Shown here: positions 56,485 through 64,000 of the stretch, piece by piece
How the letters are laid out: each line of letters starts with the position of its first letter
How positions within the stretch are numbered: the first letter of the stretch is position 1
NCBI RefSeq assembly: GCF_004353825.1
Contig: NZ_SMNA01000002.1
Coordinates: forward strand, 186,001 to 250,000
Origin: Occultella glacieicola
Lineage (GTDB): Bacteria > Actinomycetota > Actinomycetes > Actinomycetales > Beutenbergiaceae
DNA: 64,000 nucleotides
Reading direction: 5' to 3'
Program-made: the position numbers and the translations under genes
The notes under the pieces: model-generated
Told to the model about the DNA's origin: nothing
The model's input: the letters and a program-made list of their open reading frames with translations, nothing else
The model's database searches: none

Positions 56485-57465
56485 ATGACCGCCGAACGAT
56501 TCCCGATCTCCCTGCTCGACCGCTCCCGCACCCGGGCGGGTGAGGATCCCGCGCACGCGCTGGCGGCCAGTGTCACTCGGGCACAGCAGGCGGATTCGCT
56601 CGGCTTCCACCGGTTCTGGGTCGCCGAGCACCACAGCGTGCCGGGGATCGCCAGTGGGCACGCACCGGTGCTGATGGCCGCGATCGCAGCCGCGACCCGG
56701 TCGATCCGCGTCGGATCGGGGGGCGTGATGCTGCCGAACCACCGGCCCCTGCAGGTCGCCGAGCAGGCACTCATGCTGGAGGCCCTGTTCCCGGGAAGGA
56801 TCGACCTCGGGCTCGGTCGCTCGCTCGGGTTCACGAGACCGGTACGCACCGCACTCGGTGTCGAGAAGTACTCCCCCGACGACTTCACCCGGGACCTGAC
56901 CGCGGTGCACGCATTCCTGGAGGGCACCGGCCCCGTCACCGCGATGCCACCGCTGGCGGCGCCACCACCCGTCCACGTCCTCGCGACCGGATCGGGCCTG
57001 GCCGTCGCCGCGCGCCTCGGCCTGCCGGTCGTGGTGGGCGGGCCGGTCCTGTTCGGCGAACTGGGCGCGCTCGAGGAGTACCGGCGCAGCTACCGGCCGA
57101 GCCCGGCGTGGCCCGAGCCCCGGGTGACGATCAGCCTCGAGGTGATGATCGCCAACAGTCCCGAACGCGCCCGCGAACTCCTGCTGCCCGAGGCGGTCGC
57201 GCTCGCCGAGTCCCGGACCACCGGTTCGTTCGGGCCGTTGCGCGAGGTGACCACCGCCGAGGCGGACGCCCTGCCGGAGCGGGTGCGCACCGCCGTCGGG
57301 CGTCAGCTCGATCTCGCCGTGCACGGCACCCCGGCGCGGGTGCGCACCGAACTCGGCGACCTGGTCCGGCGCACCGGCGCCGCCGAGGTGCTCGCGTCCA
57401 CGTCCACCTTCGACCACGACGCGCTGGCCGCCGCGGACGCCGCGCTCGCGGATCTGCAGACCTGA
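56485..57465 (+). CDS. LLM-class flavin-dependent oxidoreductase (luciferase-like)
   Basis: SLLDRS, RFWVAEHH, IRVGSGGVMLPNH, PGRIDLGLGRS. Confidence 0.88.
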   Translation: MTAERFPISLLDRSRTRAGEDPAHALAASVTRAQQADSLGFHRFWVAEHHSVPGIASGHAPVLMAAIAAATRSIRVGSGGVMLPNHRPLQVAEQALMLEALFPGRIDLGLGRSLGFTRPVRTALGVEKYSPDDFTRDLTAVHAFLEGTGPVTAMPPLAAPPPVHVLATGSGLAVAARLGLPVVVGGPVLFGELGALEEYRRSYRPSPAWPEPRVTISLEVMIANSPERARELLLPEAVALAESRTTGSFGPLREVTTAEADALPERVRTAVGRQLDLAVHGTPARVRTELGDLVRRTGAAEVLASTSTFDHDALAAADAALADLQT

Positions 57466-57473
57466 TCGGCTGA

Positions 57474-60188
57474 TCAGCCGGTGTTCTGCAGGCCGGCGGC
57501 GACCCCGTTGACGGACAGCATCATGACCCGCCGGATCTGGGCGTCGGTGGCCTGGTCGGAGCCGTCGGTGGCGCGCAGCGCCCGCAGCGCCCGCAGCTGG
57601 ATCAGCGACAGCGCGTCCACGTAAGGGCTGCGCAACTGCACCGCCCGGCCGAGCACCCGGTGGCCGGCGAGCAGCCGGTCCTGGCCGGTGATGTCCACGA
57701 TCCACCGACGGGTCAGGGCCATCTCCTCGAGCACGAGGTCGGCGAGGTCGTCCCGGTCCCCCAGGGCGAGGTACCGGCGGGCGATGCGCTCGTCCGTCTT
57801 GGCGAGGGACATCTCGACGTTGTCGATCATCGTGGCGAACAGCGGCCAGCGGGCGTAGGCGTCGGTGAGCACGTCCAGGTCGCCGACGGCGGCGAGCGCG
57901 GTGCCGAGGCCGAACCAGCCGGTCAGGTTGATCCGGGCCTGCGTCCACGCGAACACCCACGGGATCGCCCGCAGGTCCTCGAGGGACTCCACGCTGAGGC
58001 CGCGCCGAGCCGGACGCGAACCCAGTGGCAGCCAGCCGACCTCCTCCTGCGGGGTCACCTGGGCGAACCAGGCGGGGAACCCGTCCGCCTTGACCAACTC
58101 GAAGAAACGCTCACGGGAGGCGGTGTCCAGACGGGCGGCGACGTCGGCGAAGTCCCGGGCCGCACTCGCGTTGCGCTCCGAGACGACCGGCGTGCCCTGG
58201 AGCAGGGTCGCGGCGACGACCTGCTCGATGTGCCGGGCCGCGATCACCGGGTTGCCGTAGCGGGCGAAGATGACCTCGCCCTGCTCGGTGAGCTTGAACC
58301 GTCCGTCCACCGAGCCCGGCGGCTGGGCCAGCACGGCCCGGTTCGCCGGGCCGCCGCCACGGCCGAGAGCCCCGCCGCGGCCGTGGAAGAGAGTGAGCCG
58401 GATGTCGTTCGCCTCGGCCCAGGCAGTGATCCGGCTCTGCGCCTCGTAGAGGGCGAGCGTGGCCGCGACCGGGCCGACGTCCTTGGAGGAGTCCGAGTAG
58501 CCGAGCATCACCTCGACGCGACGCCCCGTGGCGGCCAGGCGTGCCCGTACCTGCGGCAGGGTGAGCATCTCGTCGAGGACGTCCGGGGCGGCCTGCAGGT
58601 CCGCGAACGTCTCGAACAGCGGAATCACGTCCAGGACCGGCGCCTCCTCCGCCGAGCCGAGCGCCTCCTCGGCGAGCCGGTACACGTTCGCCAGGTCCTG
58701 GGCGCTGGTGGTGAACGAGACGATGTAACGCTTGGCCGCGAGCTGGCCGTAGCGACGCTGGACGGAGGCGATCGAGCGGAGGGTCTCCAGTACCTCCTCG
58801 CTCATCTCACTCAGAGGAGTCCCGGCGTCGATCTGCGCGAGGGTGGTCGCATGCACCTTCGAGTGCTGCCGGACCTCGAGCTCGGCCAGGTGGAACCCGA
58901 ACGTCTCGACCTGCCAGATGAGGTGCTGCACCTCGCCGTAGGCCTTGCGCTGGTCCCCGGCGGCGACGAGGGAGGCCTGCACCACGCGCAGGTCCTCGAG
59001 GAGTTCCTCGGGGCCGCCGTAGGCAAGGTCCGCGTCCCGACGACGGGTGGCGTCGATGCGCTCGGCGATCACCAGCATGACCTGGCGGTGCGGCTCGTTC
59101 GGGGACCGGAGCGCCACGTCCGCGGTCAGCTCGCCGGCGAGCCGTCGCTGTCGGCTCCAGAGTGCCTCCAGGTCCTTCGAGGCCGGGGTGGTCTCGGCAT
59201 CCAGGGTAAGGCTGCGCCCGACGCGCTGGGCCACTCGCTCGAGGCCCACCAGGACGTGTTCGGCGGCGATGGCCGCGGCGGCCCGGGTCACCGAGGAGGT
59301 GACGTTCGGGTTTCCGTCGCGGTCCGCCCCGATCCAACTGCCGAGCCGTACGAACGCGGGCGCCACCGGAGCCTTACGGCCGGCAGCGTCGTCGTCGTCA
59401 CCGTCCAGCAGCACGTCCAGCTCCCGGTACACCTGCGGGAGCGTGGTGAACAGGGTCTCGTCGAACACGCCCATCGCGGTGCGGACCTCGTCCAGCGGGG
59501 TCGGCTTCTCGGTGCGCAGCGGGGACGTGCGCCAGAGGGTGTCGATCTCGGACAGGAGGGTGCGCCGGTTCTCCTCGAGGGAGTGTGGCCCGAGGCGCGG
59601 GTCGTCCCGCTCGGCGACGAGGTCGGTGATCCGGCGGATCGATGCGGCCACGGCGCGGCGACGAGCCTCGGTGGGGTGCGCCGTCAGAACCGGCCGGAAC
59701 TCCAGCTCGCCGACCCGGCGGCGGGCCTCGTCCGCACCGACCTGGTCCACCAGGAACGCCAGGGCCGATTCGAGGGTCTCCTCCGGCACCCGCGCCGGCG
59801 ACTTCACGGCCGTGTCCCGGGCACGCAGCGTGCGGACCCGGTGGTACTCCTCGGAGAGGTTCACGAGGTGGAAGTAGCAGGCGAACGCCCGGGCGACCTC
59901 CTCCGCGCGCTCCAGGGAGAACGTCTCCACCAGCGCCTCCGCGGCCTCGAACGCGGTGGGGTCCGATCCGGAGTAGGCGGCGATGGTGAGCTCGCGCAGC
60001 CGCTCGACGTCGGCGAGCAGCTCCGGTCCACCGCTCTCGGTGAGAACGATGCCGAGCAGCTCACCCAGGAGGCGCACGTCGTGGCGTAGGGCGTCCGGCA
60101 TGTCCGTCCGGGCGCCGGTGCGCGATCCGGACGCGATGCCGGTCGCGGGGGTCTGCGAGGTCGAGGACGACTCACTCGAGGGATTCAT
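57474..60188 (-). CDS. ppc: Phosphoenolpyruvate carboxylase
   Basis: VLTAHPTE, SWIGADRDGNP, PLFET, VMLGYSDS.KD, FHGRGGALGRGG, LRAIPWVF, GLQNTG. Confidence 0.95.
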   Translation of the reverse strand: MNPSSESSSTSQTPATGIASGSRTGARTDMPDALRHDVRLLGELLGIVLTESGGPELLADVERLRELTIAAYSGSDPTAFEAAEALVETFSLERAEEVARAFACYFHLVNLSEEYHRVRTLRARDTAVKSPARVPEETLESALAFLVDQVGADEARRRVGELEFRPVLTAHPTEARRRAVAASIRRITDLVAERDDPRLGPHSLEENRRTLLSEIDTLWRTSPLRTEKPTPLDEVRTAMGVFDETLFTTLPQVYRELDVLLDGDDDDAAGRKAPVAPAFVRLGSWIGADRDGNPNVTSSVTRAAAAIAAEHVLVGLERVAQRVGRSLTLDAETTPASKDLEALWSRQRRLAGELTADVALRSPNEPHRQVMLVIAERIDATRRRDADLAYGGPEELLEDLRVVQASLVAAGDQRKAYGEVQHLIWQVETFGFHLAELEVRQHSKVHATTLAQIDAGTPLSEMSEEVLETLRSIASVQRRYGQLAAKRYIVSFTTSAQDLANVYRLAEEALGSAEEAPVLDVIPLFETFADLQAAPDVLDEMLTLPQVRARLAATGRRVEVMLGYSDSSKDVGPVAATLALYEAQSRITAWAEANDIRLTLFHGRGGALGRGGGPANRAVLAQPPGSVDGRFKLTEQGEVIFARYGNPVIAARHIEQVVAATLLQGTPVVSERNASAARDFADVAARLDTASRERFFELVKADGFPAWFAQVTPQEEVGWLPLGSRPARRGLSVESLEDLRAIPWVFAWTQARINLTGWFGLGTALAAVGDLDVLTDAYARWPLFATMIDNVEMSLAKTDERIARRYLALGDRDDLADLVLEEMALTRRWIVDITGQDRLLAGHRVLGRAVQLRSPYVDALSLIQLRALRALRATDGSDQATDAQIRRVMMLSVNGVAAGLQNTG

Positions 60189-60253
60189 GCCCCGAGGGTA
60201 CCTACGCGAGGCACCCTCGCCGTCGGGCGTCTCACCGAACGACCACGCCGGGC

Positions 60254-61027
60254 TCAGAGTGCCCAGGTGGCCCCGGGCTCGGCCAGGTCGACCGGCCCCG
60301 AGTAGGCGGTGAGCGCTTCCGCGAGCACGGTGGCCGCGGACGTCCACGGGGGTATATGCGTCAGCACGAGACGACGCACGCCGGCCCCGCTGGCGAGCTC
60401 CCCGGCGCGCCGGCCGGTCAGGTGGATGCCCCGGACCGTGTCCCGGCCCTCCTCGAAGGCGGCCTCGCTCAGCAGGAGGTGGGCGCCGTCGGCGGCCTCG
60501 GCCACGCCGGCGCAGGCGTCGGTGTCTCCGGTGTAGGTGATCACCCGGGCGCCGTCGCCACTCTCGCTCGGCCCGGTGACCCGGATCGCGAAGGCCGGCG
60601 TGGGATGACGCACCGCGACCGGCTCGATCGTGAACGGGCCGATCCGCACGGGCGCCGCCGGATCCCAGGCGAGGACCCGGAACTGGTCGTCCGCGGTGTC
60701 GGAGTCCCCGCAGATCTGGGCCAGCCGTGCCTGCGTGTGCTCCGGCCCGTAGACGTCCACGCGGGGGTGCGGGGCGCCGGGACCGTACTTGAGGTAGACG
60801 TGCAGGGCGGCCATGTCGACCACGTGGTCGGCGTGCAGGTGGGAGATCAGCACGCCGTCGATCGCCGCGGGGTCGCCGTAGCGCAGCAGCTGCCCGAACG
60901 CCCCGGAGCCGAGGTCGAGCACGAGCCGCCAGGTGCGACCGTCGGCATCGGCCTCGACCAGGTAGCACGAGGACGCCGACTCGGGCCCGGAGACGGATCC
61001 GGACGAGCCGATGATGGTGAGCCTCAC
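60254..61027 (-). CDS. MBL-fold metallo-hydrolase
   Basis: SHLHADH, YTGDT, HLTG, LTHIPPW. Confidence 0.9.
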   Translation of the reverse strand: MRLTIIGSSGSVSGPESASSCYLVEADADGRTWRLVLDLGSGAFGQLLRYGDPAAIDGVLISHLHADHVVDMAALHVYLKYGPGAPHPRVDVYGPEHTQARLAQICGDSDTADDQFRVLAWDPAAPVRIGPFTIEPVAVRHPTPAFAIRVTGPSESGDGARVITYTGDTDACAGVAEAADGAHLLLSEAAFEEGRDTVRGIHLTGRRAGELASGAGVRRLVLTHIPPWTSAATVLAEALTAYSGPVDLAEPGATWAL

Positions 61028-61869
61028 GCGGGATCCTCCACGACGATCCGCGGGATCTCACCGGTGACCTCGGCCGCGCTCTCGGCGCCCACCTCGGGTC
61101 CGAGGAAGCGGCGGGCCAGGTTGGTGAAGCCGCGCGGGTCCCCGGTCGCCAGGAACCGGTGCTCGGGTGGGGTGGTCGCGGTGCGCTCGAGATCGTGCGC
61201 GACCAACTCGCGGTAGACGTCCTTCGCGGTCTCCTCGGCACTGGAGACGAGGCTCACGTCGTCACCGGCCACGTACTGGATGACGCCGGTGAGCAACGGG
61301 TAGTGGGTGCAGCCGAGCACGAGCGTGTCCACGTCGGCGGCACTGACCGGCGCGAGGTAGTCGCGGGCCGCCTCGAGCAGCTCCGGGCCGGAGGTGATGC
61401 CGCGCTCGACGAACTCCACGAACCGGGGAGCCGCGGCCGTGGTCAGACTCAGGTGCGGCGCGGCCGCGAACGCGTCCTCATAGGCGCGTGAGGCGATGGT
61501 GGCGCGGGTCCCGATCACGCCGACACGGCCGGTGCGGCTGGTGGCCACGGCCCGGCGCACCGCCGGTGCGATCACCTCGACGACCGGCACTCCCATGCCG
61601 ATCGTGTACCGCTCCCGGGCATCGCGCAGGACCGCAGCGGAGGCGGAGTTGCACGCGATGACGAGCATCTTGACGCCCGAGCGGACCAGGTCGTCCATGA
61701 CCGAGAGGGCATGCGCACGCACCTCGGCGATCGGCAGTGGTCCGTAGGGGCCGTTCGCCGTGTCACCGATGTACAGGGTCGCCTCGTTGGGCAGCTGGTC
61801 GATGACGGCCCGAGCCACCGTGAGGCCACCGACGCCGGAGTCGAAGATCCCGATGGGCGCGTCATTCAC
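61024..61869 (-). CDS. murI: Glutamate racemase
   Basis: [27 protein letters not shown]. Confidence 0.95.
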   Translation of the reverse strand: MNDAPIGIFDSGVGGLTVARAVIDQLPNEATLYIGDTANGPYGPLPIAEVRAHALSVMDDLVRSGVKMLVIACNSASAAVLRDARERYTIGMGVPVVEVIAPAVRRAVATSRTGRVGVIGTRATIASRAYEDAFAAAPHLSLTTAAAPRFVEFVERGITSGPELLEAARDYLAPVSAADVDTLVLGCTHYPLLTGVIQYVAGDDVSLVSSAEETAKDVYRELVAHDLERTATTPPEHRFLATGDPRGFTNLARRFLGPEVGAESAAEVTGEIPRIVVEDPA

Positions 61870-61908
61870 GCCTTTGAGGGTAGCCCGCAGCGGTGACGAC
61901 GAAACGGT

Positions 61909-62529
61909 TCAATCCTCCAGTGTGGGCAGCATCACCTGCAGCAACGACTCCTGCAGCCAGGTCAGTGCGGAGTACAACAGGGCGAGCGCCGCGCGGATCT
62001 CGTCCTCGGCAGTGTCGACACCGTCGCCGCCCAGGGTGCTCAACTCGTAGACGTCCTCGGCGTCGGAGTCGGTGCGGATCCCGAGCCGTTCGGCGAGGAC
62101 GAGGCGCACGTCGGTGAGGGCCGCGGCCCAGTCCATGGCGCGCTCGCGCGGCACGTGGATCTTGGTGCCCGGGCGGCGGAGCTCGTCGAAGACCATCCGC
62201 AACCGGGCGGTCTTCGCCGACCGCAGGTCCGCCTCGGTGAGCCGTCGGAACTCGTCGGCGACGCCGTCGTCCTCCGTGCTCGCCGACGGAAGCAGGCGCG
62301 CGAGCGCCGGGTCGGCGGGCTCGCTCACCTCGTCCGTGGACCAGGTCATCGAGTGCCCGACGGCGGGACCGGCCTCGTCGTTCCGGCTCGCCTCGAGGCG
62401 TCCGAGCGGGACGCCGAGCAGGTCGGAGGTGTCCGCGATGACGCGGGAGATGATCGTGCGCTCGTGCGCGTCGAGCTCGGCCACGAACTCACCGCGGCGC
62501 ATCGAGAAGGCCCGCATCGGCTCAGTCAC
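61909..62529 (-). CDS. DUF2017 family protein
   Basis: [40 protein letters not shown]; follows clpS. Confidence 0.85.
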   Translation of the reverse strand: MTEPMRAFSMRRGEFVAELDAHERTIISRVIADTSDLLGVPLGRLEASRNDEAGPAVGHSMTWSTDEVSEPADPALARLLPSASTEDDGVADEFRRLTEADLRSAKTARLRMVFDELRRPGTKIHVPRERAMDWAAALTDVRLVLAERLGIRTDSDAEDVYELSTLGGDGVDTAEDEIRAALALLYSALTWLQESLLQVMLPTLED

Positions 62530-62830
62530 CGTCCTGGGCGAGCGTGGCCCACAGTCCGTAGGAGTGCATCGCCTGCACGTCGACCTCCATCTGCTCCCGG
62601 GTGCCCGTCGAGACGGCGCTGCGGCCCTCGGTGTGCACCTGCAGCATCAGCCGGTTCGCCTTCTCTGCGGAGAATCCGAAGTAGGAGCGGAACACGTACG
62701 CGACGTAGCTCATCAGGTTCACCGGGTCGTTCCAGACGATGGTCCGCCAGGGCCGGTCGGACGCGGGCCGGAGGGCCTCCTCGACGTCCGTCTCCGGAGC
62801 GGCGAGCGGGATCTCGGTGGCGGCGACCAT
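62522..62830 (-). CDS. clpS: ATP-dependent Clp protease adaptor
   Basis: [32 protein letters not shown]. Confidence 0.95.
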   Translation of the reverse strand: MVAATEIPLAAPETDVEEALRPASDRPWRTIVWNDPVNLMSYVAYVFRSYFGFSAEKANRLMLQVHTEGRSAVSTGTREQMEVDVQAMHSYGLWATLAQDGD

Positions 62831-62907
62831 GCCTCCAAGCGTAGGCCCGTCCCGCCGTCGGCCGACCCCTCGCGCACGGCCCCATGCGCACCGTTACGGT
62901 ATGACGC

Positions 62908-64000
62908 ATGTCTGGAGCCACCGCGGCGAGCACTGCGCTGCTGACCGACCGGTACGAGCTGACCATGGTGCAGGCCGCGCTGGCCGACGGCACCGCGTCC
63001 CGCGGATGTGTGTTCGAGCTCTTCACCCGGCGGTTGCCCGCGGGTCGGCGCTACGGCGTGGTCGCCGGTACCGGGCGGGTGCTCGAGGCGATCACGGCGT
63101 TCCGGTTCGGTGACGACGAGCTCGAGTACCTGCGCACGAACGACGTGGTCGACGCTCCGACCCTGGACTTCCTCGCCAACTACCGGTTCACCGGGGACAT
63201 CTACGGGTATGCGGAGGGCGAGGTGTTCTTCCCGGGCTCCCCGCTGCTCGTGGTCGAGTCCTCCTTCGCGGAGGGGGTCATCCTCGAGACCGTCGCGCTG
63301 TCCATCCTGAACTACGACTCGGCGGTCGCCTCCGCCGCGTCCCGGATGACCAGCGCCGCCGGGAACCGCCCCTGCCTGGAGATGGGTGGCCGGCGGGCCC
63401 ACGAATGGGCGGCCGTGGCCGCCGCCCGGGCCGCGATCGTGGCCGGGTTCACCGGCACCTCCAACCTCGAGGCGGGGCGTCGGTACGACCTGCCGACCAT
63501 CGGGACCGCCGCGCACTCGTTCACCCTGTTGCACGACGACGAGACCTCGGCGTTCGCGGCGCAGGTGGCCGCCTACGGTCCGGACACGACCCTGCTCGTG
63601 GACACCTACGACATCGCCGAGGGCGTGCGCCGGGCCGTCGAGGCGGCCGGCACCGGCCTGGACTCGGTGCGCCTGGACTCCGGTGACCTGGGTGTGGTGG
63701 CCCGGGAGGTACGCGAGCAACTGGACTCCCTCGGTGCCGCGGGTACCAAGATCGTGGTGTCCTCCGACCTGGACGAGTACGCCATCGCCTCCCTCGCGGT
63801 GGCGCCGGTGGACTCCTACGGCGTCGGCACCTCGGTGGTCACCGGCTCCGGCGCCCCCACGTGCGGCATGGTCTACAAGCTCGTGCTCCGCGAGGGCGCC
63901 ACCGGAGCGATGGAGCCCGTGGAGAAGGCGTCCAGTTCCAAGACCAGCGTCGGCGGCCGCAAGAGCGCGGCCCGCCGCCTGGATGCGGCCGGCCGGGCCA
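62908..64000 (+). CDS. pncB: Nicotinate phosphoribosyltransferase, 3' end beyond the window
   Basis: Manual translation from ATG 62908: STALLTDRYELTM, FELFTRRLP.GR, EMGGRR, TSNLEAG, GTAAH, LLVDTYD, VRLDSG, YGVGT. Confidence 0.93.
   Translation, partial: MSGATAASTALLTDRYELTMVQAALADGTASRGCVFELFTRRLPAGRRYGVVAGTGRVLEAITAFRFGDDELEYLRTNDVVDAPTLDFLANYRFTGDIYGYAEGEVFFPGSPLLVVESSFAEGVILETVALSILNYDSAVASAASRMTSAAGNRPCLEMGGRRAHEWAAVAAARAAIVAGFTGTSNLEAGRRYDLPTIGTAAHSFTLLHDDETSAFAAQVAAYGPDTTLLVDTYDIAEGVRRAVEAAGTGLDSVRLDSGDLGVVAREVREQLDSLGAAGTKIVVSSDLDEYAIASLAVAPVDSYGVGTSVVTGSGAPTCGMVYKLVLREGATGAMEPVEKASSSKTSVGGRKSAARRLDAAGRA

Noticed and set aside
57660..60089. 809-aa plus-strand ORF
   Set aside because: Antisense shadow of ppc
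57474..61241. 1255-aa ORF suggesting an N-terminally fused PEP carboxylase
   Set aside because: The extension overlaps the MBL and murI genes in another frame; the real start is probably 60188, behind a TACCCT -10

Overview
High-GC actinobacterial chromosome segment; gene content and synteny suggest Micrococcales. Core genes: ettA, ssb paralogue, dynamin-like GTPase pair, orn, pip, bcp, rph-rdgB, ppc, murI, clpS, pncB (partial), and four tRNAs (Arg-TCT, His-GTG, Lys-CTT, Leu-TAG). These are interleaved with catabolic and accessory loci. (i) A MurNAc/peptidoglycan salvage operon: sugar ABC + anmK + murQ + RpiR/MurR + secreted GHL10 hydrolase. (ii) A stand-alone HerA-like ATPase coupled to a DUF1801-like gene beside tRNA-Arg. 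(iii) A siderophore ABC operon with an IdeR/DtxR box. (iv) A TetR / GH-like TIM-barrel / CPBP protease operon. (v) A ROK + family-5 ABC + GH2 beta-mannosidase locus with an HTH-less LacI-type protein. (vi) A GH78 rhamnosidase cluster and an LLM + TreS-like pair. (vii) A polyol ABC / SorC / mannitol dehydrogenase locus with an operator array. (viii) A decayed MntA-HepT toxin-antitoxin module inside the clpS-murI-rph block. No CRISPR array, integrase, transposase or rRNA was seen. Many genes appear leaderless (TANNNT 6-7 nt before the start codon). All calls come from reading motifs by eye; no database searches were run.
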